A stretch of 64,000 bases of DNA from IMG/VR virus record IMGVR_UViG_3300035698_029580. One strand, written 5' to 3'. Below the pieces are notes generated by a model that was not told where the DNA came from, ran no database searches, and worked only from the letters and a program-made list of their open reading frames with translations. Below, in pieces: positions 39,455-50,278 of the stretch. Position numbers and translations under genes: made by a program. How positions within the stretch are numbered: the stretch's first letter is position 1; every line of letters starts with the position of its first letter. The DNA comes from a virus (lineage: Duplodnaviria > Caudoviricetes).

Positions 39455-41134
39455 ATGACTGTACAGACGAAAAATTTGGAAATGCATCCGAAACTTTTGT
39501 TGGATGTCATAAAAAGACAGGCTGGGACGTTGGAAAAGGCTGTTCTAGAAGGGGTTATGAACGCAATTGAGGCAGGTGCCAATAAGGTAGATATCAAGTT
39601 AGACCCTGACAATTCAGTTCTTTATATTTCTGATGATGGGCATGGGATTACTAGTGAGAAGGAAATTGAGCAATATTTTGCTACATTTGGAACACCTCAT
39701 GAGAAGTCAGAGAACAAGATTTGGGCTCAATTTCGAATGGGAAGAGGGCAATTATTTTCTTTTGGCAAAAATATTTGGGAAACATCTAATTTTAAGATGA
39801 AGGTTGATATTAAGAACTGGGGACTTGTATATAAATTAAAGAAAATAAAGGTTCCTGTTAATGGATGTAATATTAAGATTGAATTATATGAAAATCCTAT
39901 TGGTAAATGGAATTATCCTACTATAGATTCTTTTAAGGACAGAATTCAACATCACGTTCAATTTATGCCTCTTCCCATATATTTTAATGGGAAACAAATT
40001 AATACTCCTGCCACTGAAATACAATGGGATAAGGAAGATGAAAATGCTTATTATTCCTTTGGGCTTGGATTGGATATGAGTATTTATAATTTGGGTGCTT
40101 TTGTGACCAAATTGCCAGTTAGTCAGACGGGAGTGCCGGGGGTTGTTGTATCTAAGAAGCAATTAGGGGTGAATTTTGCTCGTAATGATATTCAGTCTAG
40201 TTGTCCTGTTTATAAGGAAATTCAGGAAGTTATTAGAGAAAATAGGATTAAAAAAACTAGAAGGAAGAGTGGACTTCGTTTGACTCATTATGAACGTCAA
40301 ACAACACTGACTGATATACGTGATGGAATTCAAAAATATGATGAAGTTAAGAATATTGGTTTATTGTTAACATCTTCTGGAAGATATATAACACTGGAAC
40401 AAATTCGTAAGAATAAGCAATTTTGGTGTTTTGCTCCTGAGGGAAATAGGATGGCTGATAATCTTATGGAGCAAGGTGCGGCACTGGTCTTTGAAGATGT
40501 TGTTTTGTCGAATTTGAATTATACTGGTGAGAGAAGGAATTTTTTCTCATGGTTATTGCAATATCAAGAAGATTTGGTTAGGGGATGGGATACTGTAGTT
40601 AAATTACATAGGGAATTTCAGGGTAAGGGTTCTTTGACGGATGGATTTTTGGAAAACTATATTACTTTAGCAGATCTTAAATTAAATATTGTAGAGAGAA
40701 GGGTATTAAAAGCCTTGAACAAAATGAGATATTGGAAAGATAGGATTATTACTATTGGAACAAGTGATAGTGCTAGGGCTTGGACTGATGGTAATTCTTT
40801 TATTACTCTTAATCGTAGTTTTATCAAGGGTTTATGTTTGTCTGATGCTGGGAATGTTGCTCAATTATTTGCTGTATTGGTTCATGAATTGGCACATGAT
40901 GATAGTACTATGGGTTCTCATATTCATGGAGAGGAATTTTATCGTAATTTTCATGAGATTTGTATGAGTAAGAGATGGGATACTAATCCATTAAGTGAAA
41001 TACGTTATTTTTCTCAAGTTATGCAAAATTTTCGGGTAGATGAAAAAATTCAAAAAATAAAGGAAAAAGAAGAAAAGGCTAAAGTTAAGAGAGACAAGAA
41101 GTTAGGTGTCGTAATGGCACAATCTTCTATTTAA
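39455..41134 (+). CDS. GHKL (HSP90/MORC-like) ATPase with C-terminal HExxH motif
   Basis: EGVMNAIEA, ISDDGHG, QFRMGRG; HELAH..HGEEF. Confidence 0.82.
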   Translation: MTVQTKNLEMHPKLLLDVIKRQAGTLEKAVLEGVMNAIEAGANKVDIKLDPDNSVLYISDDGHGITSEKEIEQYFATFGTPHEKSENKIWAQFRMGRGQLFSFGKNIWETSNFKMKVDIKNWGLVYKLKKIKVPVNGCNIKIELYENPIGKWNYPTIDSFKDRIQHHVQFMPLPIYFNGKQINTPATEIQWDKEDENAYYSFGLGLDMSIYNLGAFVTKLPVSQTGVPGVVVSKKQLGVNFARNDIQSSCPVYKEIQEVIRENRIKKTRRKSGLRLTHYERQTTLTDIRDGIQKYDEVKNIGLLLTSSGRYITLEQIRKNKQFWCFAPEGNRMADNLMEQGAALVFEDVVLSNLNYTGERRNFFSWLLQYQEDLVRGWDTVVKLHREFQGKGSLTDGFLENYITLADLKLNIVERRVLKALNKMRYWKDRIITIGTSDSARAWTDGNSFITLNRSFIKGLCLSDAGNVAQLFAVLVHELAHDDSTMGSHIHGEEFYRNFHEICMSKRWDTNPLSEIRYFSQVMQNFRVDEKIQKIKEKEEKAKVKRDKKLGVVMAQSSI

Positions 41135-41469
41135 TTGACAAGTGATTAATTATTGGTATAATAAGGGAATTAAAATGATTAGAAAAATAATAAATATTTT
41201 TAGAAAGTCAAGAAAACCTACAGAAGTAATTGAATCTGTAGAAGTTGAAAAAGAAATTAAGTCTGGAGAAAATGAAGCTAAAAAGGCTTTTAGACCTATA
41301 GTAGATAATTTTGCAAAGAAAATTAAATCTATAGGAGAAGAATTTGAAAAGGAAATTAAATCTATAGAAGAAGAATTTGAAAAGGAAATTAAAGAAGAGG
41401 GGAAAAGAAAAAGAGAGATAATGTCTCAATGGTATGAGAATAATAAATTTAAAAAGGAAGGAAGTTAAG

Positions 41470-41745
41470 ATGCATATTTTGTTTTTAATTTTTCTTGCAC
41501 TGGTCTTATTTTTCGTGATATATCCGAAAATTAAAAAAAGTGATAAGGTTAATAAATATGCTAAAGAGTTGTTGGAAGATGTTCCAGTTACTAAAAGTGT
41601 AGATGAAAAGATTACTAATGTAGAGAAAGGAATTAATGATTTAGAAAATTATTCAGAAGAGAATAAGAAGAAGCAGAAAGAGTTAGGATTAGAAAGTGAA
41701 AAGATAGATAAGTTTATTGGAAAGGACTTAGAAAAAGATGAATAA
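41470..41745 (+). CDS. small membrane-anchored protein
   Basis: N-terminal TM helix, coupled to SPFH gene. Confidence 0.7.
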   Translation: MHILFLIFLALVLFFVIYPKIKKSDKVNKYAKELLEDVPVTKSVDEKITNVEKGINDLENYSEENKKKQKELGLESEKIDKFIGKDLEKDE

Positions 41746-43060
41746 GAAGCAGATCGTTTGGATTTCGATTGCGGCAGTTATAGTGATAGGATTTATTATT
41801 CTTGTAGCAGGTGGTATTGGCAAGAACAATGATCAAAATTGGCAGGTTATTCAAAGTGTCGGTGGGGCAGTAGTTATTAGAGATAAAGCAGGATATTATC
41901 CCAAATGGTTTGCCACTGTTTGGACATATCCTCGATATGTTGAAGCCACTTATAATGATGATGCTAGTGAAGGTGAGAAACCTAAGGAATCTATTCGGGC
42001 AACGTTTAATGATGGTGGCACTGCTGATGTTTGTACTTATGTAAGAATTTCAACTCCTGTATTAGAGGATAAACGTAAGGAATTTCATCGTCAATTTAGT
42101 GGTAACGTTCAAAATGCAACAATTGCAGTTCGTAATCATATGATAAACTGCATTAAGGCTGCAGCTCCGCTGATGAGTGCCTCAGAAAACCAATCTGCCC
42201 GTAAAGCAGAATTTGCTCAAGTAATTGAGAATATGCTAAAAACTGGTTTGTATAAGATGAATAAGATTGAAAAGGAATTAAAAGATCGTACAGATGAGAA
42301 GGGTAATCCTATCACTGTTTATGCTACGGAAATTATTGTAGACGGAGATGGTAATCCTATTATTTCTCAAAGTTCTCCTTTGGAGGAATATGGTATTTGT
42401 GTTATTCAATTTTCTGTAACTGCTATTGAGTATGATGAAATAACTCGTGAACAATTTGCTGCTAAGAAACAGAGTTTTCTACGTGCAGAGAATTCTAAGG
42501 CAGAACGAGAAGAGATGGTTCAAGGGCGTCTGATGATCATAGAAAAAGGTTTGAAGGACAAGGCAGAAGTTGAAGCAACAGCTAATAAAGATAAGGCTAA
42601 GGCAATTATTGAGGCTGAGAAAAAAGTTGAGTTAGCAGAGAAGGCTAAGCAAGAGGCTGAAACTCAGGCTAATATGAGGCTTGAGGTTGCTAAGATTGCT
42701 AAGATGGAAGCTGAGACTAAGGCAAATCAGGAGTTAGAAGTTGCTAAGGTTGGGGCAATGGCTGCTGAACAGGAAGCCAAAGCCATTCAGATATTGGCAA
42801 TTGCTCAAGAGGAAAAGATTAAGAAGGCTGGAGCGATTACCGAGAAGGAAAGGGTCACTCTTCAGATTGCTGCCGACCGTGATGCTCAGGTTGCTAGTTT
42901 TTTAGCAAATGTTAAGACTCCTCAGATTGTATTTAATGGAGGATCTGAGGCAGGTGGAAGTAATTGGAAAGATACTCTGATGAATTTGTACCTTTTGAAG
43001 CAAATGAAGGCTCTTCCAAGTGATGATGTTGTGCCTGTAATGGAAGCAGCCACAAATTAA
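41738..43060 (+). CDS. SPFH/band-7 (flotillin-like) membrane protein
   Basis: N-terminal TM, F.DGG.A, AE/EA-rich coiled coil. Confidence 0.82.
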   Translation: MNKKQIVWISIAAVIVIGFIILVAGGIGKNNDQNWQVIQSVGGAVVIRDKAGYYPKWFATVWTYPRYVEATYNDDASEGEKPKESIRATFNDGGTADVCTYVRISTPVLEDKRKEFHRQFSGNVQNATIAVRNHMINCIKAAAPLMSASENQSARKAEFAQVIENMLKTGLYKMNKIEKELKDRTDEKGNPITVYATEIIVDGDGNPIISQSSPLEEYGICVIQFSVTAIEYDEITREQFAAKKQSFLRAENSKAEREEMVQGRLMIIEKGLKDKAEVEATANKDKAKAIIEAEKKVELAEKAKQEAETQANMRLEVAKIAKMEAETKANQELEVAKVGAMAAEQEAKAIQILAIAQEEKIKKAGAITEKERVTLQIAADRDAQVASFLANVKTPQIVFNGGSEAGGSNWKDTLMNLYLLKQMKALPSDDVVPVMEAATN

Positions 43061-43080
43061 ATAAGTTACTCACTTTCAAG

Positions 43081-43136
43081 CTCCCTCTTCTATCTAATTG
43101 TTACTGCCCTTACAATTGATAGAGAGGGAGTTTTTT
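43081..43136 (+). terminator. rho-independent terminator
   Basis: CTCCCTCT/AGAGGGAG + T run. Confidence 0.75.
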
Positions 43137-43208
43137 ATTTTCCAGCATTATATAATTTTTAATAATAACGTAGAAATTAATTATTACTTTATTGAAAGTG
43201 AGGTAAGA

Positions 43209-43979
43209 ATGAAGCCGAACGGAATTGTGATTTATGATGGACCGAGTAAGATTGATGGAAAGCCGATTATTTGTGTTGTTACAGGGCTTAGGGACAAAAC
43301 TGATAATGCTAAGACAGGCAGAGTTTTACAAAGTTGGATAATTCGTAAGGATATGACACCTGTTGACGCTTTAAAGACAGGTCAGGATTATAGTCTTTGT
43401 GGATCATGCAAACATCGTCATTTTCGGACGTGTTATGTTACGGTGCATATGGCACCCCAGTCTGTTTATGCTGCATATAAGAGGGGTGTTTATCCTCATA
43501 TTTCTGCAGAAAACAAGCAATTATTTGAAGGAAAAATTCTTAGGATAGGCAGTTATGGTGAGCCTACTGCTATTCCTTTTGAAGTTTGGGAAAATATCAT
43601 TAGTATAACTAATGGTCATACCAGTTATACTCATAGATGGAAGAAGTGTGATTCACGTTTTAAAGATATCTGTATGGCAAGTGTGGACACTTTAGCAGAG
43701 CTAAATGCTGCTCAGGCAAGGGGTTGGAGAACATTTAGGGTAAGGCTTGAAAATGAGCAAGTTATGCCTTATGAATTTGTATGTCCAGCTAGTAATGAGG
43801 CAGGTAATAAGACTAATTGTGCTAGTTGTAAGAACTGTCGTGGTGGTAGTTTAGAGCAAAATTCTAAGTGTCCTGTTATTATTGTTCATGGTAGTCCGAC
43901 TAAAATGGTATGTTATAAGAAGAAGATTAAATTATTCAGAGAAAAAAGGGCATATGCTAGGAATTTTCCAGCATTATAA
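43209..43979 (+). CDS. Cys-rich conserved phage protein, probable metal/Fe-S binding
   Basis: NAKTG, CGSC..CYV, RIGSYGEP, YTHRW, MASVD, CPAS..C..C..C. Confidence 0.7.
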   Translation: MKPNGIVIYDGPSKIDGKPIICVVTGLRDKTDNAKTGRVLQSWIIRKDMTPVDALKTGQDYSLCGSCKHRHFRTCYVTVHMAPQSVYAAYKRGVYPHISAENKQLFEGKILRIGSYGEPTAIPFEVWENIISITNGHTSYTHRWKKCDSRFKDICMASVDTLAELNAAQARGWRTFRVRLENEQVMPYEFVCPASNEAGNKTNCASCKNCRGGSLEQNSKCPVIIVHGSPTKMVCYKKKIKLFREKRAYARNFPAL

Positions 43980-44349
43980 AAAATTATGTAATAAGATAAG
44001 AAAGAGGTAAAAAATTATGAGTAAGATAAATGAAATAACAGGTCAATTACTTTTTAGGGATAGGGGATCTGCTAGTTCAGTTAAACCGAATGATGATAGA
44101 CAGTTATGGATGGTTACAGGTATTATAGCTGTACCTAACACTGAAATTGTTACTTCTCAATTAAAAGGTGAACATCAGTATGTAGTAACTGGGGATCAAC
44201 TTATCGAGGATAGTATTATACGATTAAATATTTTTCAAGGTTTAAATGTTGATAGGACTGAGATATCACGTGGGGCATATCCAGGACAATTATTGTGTTC
44301 TCCAATTTGGAAGATTTAATTTTCCGGCAAAAAAGAAAGTGAGAAAAAG

Positions 44350-44853
44350 ATGAAGTATGAGGCAGAAATTGCAATTTTGATGCAAGATGGAAAATGGAAT
44401 GTAGATGTAGTAAAATTTTATTGTGCTACCATAAATGCTACTACTCCTGTAGAAATTGGAGAAGAAATTGAGAAAGCAGCATTGGAAAAATTTAGAAATA
44501 ATACGGATTTTATTGAATCTTTGTATAATTCTGGATGGAATGGTTGTGCCATTGTTTATTCATGGAAACAAATAAAAGATGATGGAGGAAGAGTTATTAA
44601 ACTTCCTTGTTATGATATAGTAGTTACATTAGATAGTGAGGTATCTGATCAAATTACTTCATCTTTACATAAAAATAGCACCGTTATGGAAGAGGAAGAT
44701 GTACAATATCAAGCTGCTATAGATGCTATTGAGTCAATTATAATGGCTCATGCTGTGGCAGGGGTAGACATAGAGACTCCTGCATATCTTGAGGGGATAG
44801 AGACAGCAGTAAATGCAATTGGTCAGAATTTTCCCATACCAGACGAAGATTAA
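44350..44853 (+). CDS. hypothetical protein
   Basis: AAIDAIES...AHA.AG.D motif. Confidence 0.7.
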   Translation: MKYEAEIAILMQDGKWNVDVVKFYCATINATTPVEIGEEIEKAALEKFRNNTDFIESLYNSGWNGCAIVYSWKQIKDDGGRVIKLPCYDIVVTLDSEVSDQITSSLHKNSTVMEEEDVQYQAAIDAIESIIMAHAVAGVDIETPAYLEGIETAVNAIGQNFPIPDED

Positions 44854-45707
44854 ATTATGTTTATTATTGTAACAGAAGATGAGAAGATAGCAATTTCTTA
44901 TTTAGGAAATAGAAGTTTTGATATTTGTGTTCAATCTTCTCCTTCTATAAAAATATGGAGAACTGAAAAAGATGCTTATAGATCTTTAAATAGATTGAAA
45001 AAAATGAGTCCTATGGGTTCTCGGATAATGAAAGTTAAAGAAAAATAAATAAAAGTGATAATATTTCCATTATAATACATTCAATTATATGAAAGGAAAT
45101 ATTATGAGTGAAGAGAGAATTGACATGTACGGTATTTTAGATGACCCGAATATGACAATTGAGGTAGAAACATCAGATGGTTTATTGAAAAATATTTCTG
45201 GCTTTAATCGTTATATTATTTTCCAGGGTAGTCATGAGAAAAATACTAAAGGAAAAATTTACAAAGTAACAGAAGAGGGAACAAAATTTCAAGGTTATGT
45301 TGATTGTGATGAGGCTTTAAGTCTAATCAAAAAATGTAAAAGGGAGGATAGGGGAAGAGGTACAATTTTGTATGATGGAAGATGGAGATTATGGGATTGG
45401 GAGAAGGATGCAGAAAAAGTTATTAAGAAAAGGGTTAAAAAAGACGTAAAGAAAAGTTAATTTTCCAGCATTATAAAATTTGTGGCATTAAAATAAAAAC
45501 GGATCACTAAAATGAAATTTAAATACACAAGAGTATTAGTTAGAACTATCGAAGTTAAATCGGAGTGGTATCCTAAAGGATCTACTAAGGAAGATATATT
45601 AAGAATTGAAAAAGAGAATGCAAATGATGATCCAGAGATGCTTTTTAGTACATGTGATGAAGATATAATTACAGTAGAAATTGTTGAAGAATAAGTGAGG
45701 ATTTCAG

Positions 45708-46667
45708 ATGTCGCATTTTACAGTATTGGTAATTGGACCTAAGAATGAAATAGAATTGGAAGAAGCTTTATATCCTTTTTGGGAATTGGATTTATCAGAA
45801 GAAGAGATGTTAAATGACCCAAGGGCTGTTTTTCAGATTGAAACAACTTCTGAGCAAGCTCAAGAAAAATATAATGCATTTGTAAAGAAATTACCTACTG
45901 CAAAACAAATTAGATATGCTTTTGATAATCTTTTGAGAAATGCAGATATTAATAGTATATCTCGTACACCACAACCTATTGATAAAGAAAAATTTGAGAA
46001 ATGGTGTGAAGATAATATTTTAGACCCTTATTGTGTGAAGGACAAGAGTACTATCACTAAGTTTCCAGATGTAGAAACATATATGAGGGAATATGAAGGA
46101 CAGAGGAAGGATGAGAAAGGTAATTGGGGTTGGTATAGAAATCCTCGATGTACTTGGGATTGGTATTTGGTGGGAGGTCGTTGGGCTGGATTTTTCAGAG
46201 TTAAAGAAGGTGCAGTAGGTGTACAAGGTCATCATCGAGCAAAGGATTTTGCTAATATAACAGGTGAAGTAGTAGAAGATTTAGCTAAGAATAGTGCTGA
46301 TATTGTGAAGGTGGGAGACATTGATTTTGAAGCCATGGAACAGGCTAATAAAGAAAAAAGGAAGAAGTGGTGGAAAGAGGCTTTTGAAAAGTATCCTAAT
46401 GATGCAAAAACGAGAAATTTAATTTTTTCTATTCAAGAAGATGATATTTTGGAGGAATATATTGCCAGGGAAAATAAATTTTCTACTTTTGCTGTTTTGA
46501 AGCAAGATGAAAATGGAGAATGGCAATGGTATGAGAGGGGAAAAATGGGTTTTTGGGGAATAGTATCAGATGAAAAAGAAGATGATAAGTGGGATGAGGA
46601 ATTTGAAAAGTTGATAAATGGTTTATACCAAGACACTGTTTTGACTTTGGTAGATTGTCATATTTGA
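45708..46667 (+). CDS. conserved phage protein (MSHF.VLV..WDWY..GGRW..VDCHI family)
   Basis: Characteristic motifs; GAGG RBS. Confidence 0.8.
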   Translation: MSHFTVLVIGPKNEIELEEALYPFWELDLSEEEMLNDPRAVFQIETTSEQAQEKYNAFVKKLPTAKQIRYAFDNLLRNADINSISRTPQPIDKEKFEKWCEDNILDPYCVKDKSTITKFPDVETYMREYEGQRKDEKGNWGWYRNPRCTWDWYLVGGRWAGFFRVKEGAVGVQGHHRAKDFANITGEVVEDLAKNSADIVKVGDIDFEAMEQANKEKRKKWWKEAFEKYPNDAKTRNLIFSIQEDDILEEYIARENKFSTFAVLKQDENGEWQWYERGKMGFWGIVSDEKEDDKWDEEFEKLINGLYQDTVLTLVDCHI

Positions 46668-46678
46668 TAGGAGAAAAA

Positions 46679-47143
46679 ATGGCAGAATTAAAAATTATAA
46701 AAGGTGATGCCACTGATCCTAATTTGGCTGATGATGCTCGTATTTGTATTCCTCATGTATGTAATGACATAGGAGCATTTGGAGCCGGATTTGCTAAGGC
46801 ATTAGCAGATAAATGGCCTCGTGTGAGACGGGCATATATTGATGAAGGAGATTGGTTATTGGGTGCTAATATATATGCCAAGGCAACAGATAATATTGCT
46901 ATTTGTCATATGATAGCTCAGCATAATTTAATTGGTAAAGATAATCCTCATCCTTTGAGATATTTGGCACTGATTAGTTGTATGAAAAAAGTTGGTGTTA
47001 GGGTTAACGGACATAAAGGTACTATTCATTGTCCGTTATTTGGAAGTGGATTAGCTGGAGGTTCTAAGTTTGCTATTGTACAATTGATGAAAGAGATATG
47101 GGTAGAAAAGGGAATTGACGTAACGGTTTATGAATTACCATAA
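46679..47143 (+). CDS. macro domain (ADP-ribose processing) protein
   Basis: IIKGDAT, HVCNDIGAFGAGFAKAL..KWP, P.FGSGLAGG. Confidence 0.88.
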   Translation: MAELKIIKGDATDPNLADDARICIPHVCNDIGAFGAGFAKALADKWPRVRRAYIDEGDWLLGANIYAKATDNIAICHMIAQHNLIGKDNPHPLRYLALISCMKKVGVRVNGHKGTIHCPLFGSGLAGGSKFAIVQLMKEIWVEKGIDVTVYELP

Positions 47144-47512
47144 TTTTGAGAGGTAAAAAAATGAAAATGATGAAATTAATTCCAATTTTGGGAATTATTG
47201 GGGCAATTTTAATTGTATCTGTTTTAACAGTAATGATATGTATTAGTTATTTTGGTATGAGCAGAGAAGAGTCTCTTATTTCTTCTACTCCGGAAAATTC
47301 TTTTTCTTATTCAGGAATTTATACTAAAAGGGTTTATGGGCATGGTCATTTATCTGGAATTGGAGTAGATTGCATTCAAAATGATAAAGGTGAAATAACT
47401 AACATTATTGTTGTAAACAGTTATGGAATAACAATTTACAGGGATATTACTTTTGATTAATAATTTTCCAGCATTATAAAATTTTTTGTAATAAAATAAA
47501 AACGGGAAAATT

Positions 47513-47791
47513 ATGATTTGTTTAAAGTGTGGATACTGTTGTAAATATTTAAGTGTGATAATAGTAGATGACCCTAAAAAAGGGATTGTTGAAGATAATC
47601 TTATTCACCATAGGGGTGACGGTACTCCGTGTAAACACTTGAGGGGAAGTAAGTTAGGAGAGTATTCTTGTGCTATTCATTCTGAACCGTGGTACAAAGA
47701 TACACCTTGTTTTGCTCATACTCAAGTAGAGCAAAAAAATAGTAAATGTAGAATGGGTGATTATTTATTTTCCAGCATTATAAAAAAATAA
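47513..47791 (+). CDS. YkgJ-like Cys-cluster protein
   Basis: CLKCGYCC..CKHL..CAIH..C. Confidence 0.65.
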   Translation: MICLKCGYCCKYLSVIIVDDPKKGIVEDNLIHHRGDGTPCKHLRGSKLGEYSCAIHSEPWYKDTPCFAHTQVEQKNSKCRMGDYLFSSIIKK

Positions 47792-48062
47792 GTAATAAAA
47801 TAAAAAAGGAATTAAAAATGGCAAAACGAAGAAATCCTATGACAGAACAAGAAACAGCAGATTTTGAAAAAAGGCTGTTGGAAATATGGAGGACTGTTTA
47901 TAATAAAGCTATAAATTCAGGTGCTTTTCCCGATGAGTATTTTGAGTTTGGCGACCATACTATGGCAGAAATTGCAGCTGTTGTTATGGGTGACGAATTC
48001 TCTTTTAATTCACAAGATAAGAAACTTTTGGATAACTTCAGAAAATTTTAGGAGTAATTAAA

Positions 48063-48572
48063 ATGGGTTGGTTACACACACAAGATGCTACTAAGAAAGA
48101 TGTTGTTGAAGATATTATTCATGGTTTCAGTTTTCGTAATGATACTAAAGACTTTACTTCCAAGTGTTTACGTCATTGTCTTAAAGGAAATGTACTTTGG
48201 CTTCTAGTAGAATATTCTTATGATAATGGAAAAATTGATAAGTGGATTGGTTGTTATCTGTTGAGAAGTGATAAAGGTTATGGGTATGGATATAAGGATA
48301 TGGATGAGTCCGTTCACCCTTATTATTATAGTTGTCCTTTGTCTTATCTTGAGTTGGCTCCTGTCGTTTGTGAAGAATGGAGGGAGGGAGTTAGAGAATA
48401 TCATCAGCAATTTGAGGTTGCAAAGACAGTTAAAGTTGGACAAAGGGTAAAATTGGTTGATGGTTGTGTAATTCCTGAAGTGGTTATTATGAGCAAAAAG
48501 CCTTTATTGGGAAGTTATGAGGGAAGTACTTATAGAGTTAAGAAAAAATTGATTGAGAGTATTATAGGATAA
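48063..48572 (+). CDS. DUF6927-like protein
   Basis: MGW..., GYKDMDESVHPYYYSCP..YL..EWRE. Confidence 0.65.
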   Translation: MGWLHTQDATKKDVVEDIIHGFSFRNDTKDFTSKCLRHCLKGNVLWLLVEYSYDNGKIDKWIGCYLLRSDKGYGYGYKDMDESVHPYYYSCPLSYLELAPVVCEEWREGVREYHQQFEVAKTVKVGQRVKLVDGCVIPEVVIMSKKPLLGSYEGSTYRVKKKLIESIIG

Positions 48573-48830
48573 TTTTCCAGCAAAATAAAAAAAATAGATA
48601 TACAAGTATAAAGTGAGAAAAAAAATGGACAAAAAGAGTTTAGAAGAAATTTATCGAGAAAAGATTAGGATTTTGTTGTCTGCCTGTGTATCAGTATCCG
48701 GGGCTCACGCTCATATTGAAACGTGTGATATGCCTGGTTGGTTGGAAGAGGTGGAAGAGGCTATCAAAGAAGCAAGTAAGCCTATACCACAGGTCAAACC
48801 AAGAGCATAATTTTACAGGAGAAAAAATTT

Positions 48831-50150
48831 ATGTCTAGTAAATCTGGTAGAAGTAAAAGGAAACGTATTAGAGATGGAAATAGTTGGACTAAAAAAGACA
48901 ATTCTATTAAGAAAGGTTCTGAAATGAAGAAGAATGCAAGTCCCGGTTTTAATGGTACTTCTGATGCAAATCATGGTTTTGTAGGCACTTCCAACGATGA
49001 GGATATTATAGTGCCTGCTCAATTGTGTACTCAAGGGGATAAGATAATGGTAATTGGTTCTCTTACCCATAAACAATTAGAGCAAATATCTGAAGCGGCT
49101 TATTATGAAGACCAAGAGGGTTATCAAAGACGATTTACAGAGAAGAGAAGTGAGGCATTCCAAGATTTTTTACTGAAGGGAGGAATTTCTCCTCCAAACA
49201 TAGTTTTGAATGACAGAGGAGGTAAATCTACTGAGTTTATTCCTATCAAGAAAAATTCTATTCAAGGAAATCTGAGATTTAAGAAAGGCAAAAAGGTTGG
49301 TATTGTTGATGGGCAAACCCGGGTAAAGGGTTTAGTTGATGCAGGTAATAATGGTTTAAAGGGAGTTTTTCAAATTTCTTTTTCTTTAATGAGTTTAAAG
49401 AATGAGATAGGAGAAGCTTCTCAATTCTGTACGATAAATGATAAACAAGCGGCTGTCAAGAAATCTCATCTAGCTGCTGTTTATGATTTAATTACACAAC
49501 AAGGGGGAGAGGATGAATTGTCTGACGAACAGATTAAACGAGGTATTATTTCTGATGCCTTACGGCAACTTCATTTAGATGAGAGCTCACCTTTTTATGA
49601 TATATTTAAATTGCCTGATGAATATCCGTATACAAATCAGCAAAAGAAAGATTTTCCAATATATGGACATAGACGTTGGGTTTCACAAGAATCTGTTATA
49701 AGTAGTTTGGTTAAAGGAGCTTATAACTGGTTGAATAATCGTCATTTTGTTCCGGACAATGATACGAAATATAGAGCTGATTATTTGGCACAAATTTTAA
49801 AGAATTATTATTCTGCTATTAAAGATATTATTCCTGATGCTTTTAATTATGGAAGGAATTATGTTGTTCTTAAAGGTGCGGGAGTTTATATTTTAACAGG
49901 TTTGCTTACTAAGTTTTTGGAATATATGAAAATAAAAGATATGTCTTTTAGTAAAAGGAATTTTGCCAAACTTTTGTCTAAGTGTGATTTGCTTCATGAA
50001 AAAGAAAAGTGGATGGGTTCTAATAAAAATCTTAAACAGAAGGCAGGTTGGATTGTAAAGAATCATGCTAATCAAGCTGCTTATAAGCCTTTGGTTGTTA
50101 AGATTTATAATTATACTATGAGAAATATAGAGGAAGAGAAACTAGTTTAA
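48831..50150 (+). CDS. DGQHR/DndB-like (ParB-superfamily) protein
   Basis: GYQR, IVLN.R, IVDGQTR, F..IN..Q..V. Confidence 0.82.
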   Translation: MSSKSGRSKRKRIRDGNSWTKKDNSIKKGSEMKKNASPGFNGTSDANHGFVGTSNDEDIIVPAQLCTQGDKIMVIGSLTHKQLEQISEAAYYEDQEGYQRRFTEKRSEAFQDFLLKGGISPPNIVLNDRGGKSTEFIPIKKNSIQGNLRFKKGKKVGIVDGQTRVKGLVDAGNNGLKGVFQISFSLMSLKNEIGEASQFCTINDKQAAVKKSHLAAVYDLITQQGGEDELSDEQIKRGIISDALRQLHLDESSPFYDIFKLPDEYPYTNQQKKDFPIYGHRRWVSQESVISSLVKGAYNWLNNRHFVPDNDTKYRADYLAQILKNYYSAIKDIIPDAFNYGRNYVVLKGAGVYILTGLLTKFLEYMKIKDMSFSKRNFAKLLSKCDLLHEKEKWMGSNKNLKQKAGWIVKNHANQAAYKPLVVKIYNYTMRNIEEEKLV

Positions 50151-50167
50151 GTTTTTTTGTTTTGCTT

Positions 50168-50201
50168 AAACCGCCAGAATATTATTTTCTGGCGGTTTTT
50201 T
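50168..50201 (+). terminator. rho-independent terminator
   Basis: AAACCGCCAGAA/TTCTGGCGGTTT + T run. Confidence 0.8.
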
Positions 50202-50278
50202 ATTTTCTATAAAAAAATTTTCTTCAAAAGTGAAAAAATGGTCGATATAATAAGACTATTAACTTTTGAGGAAAATAA

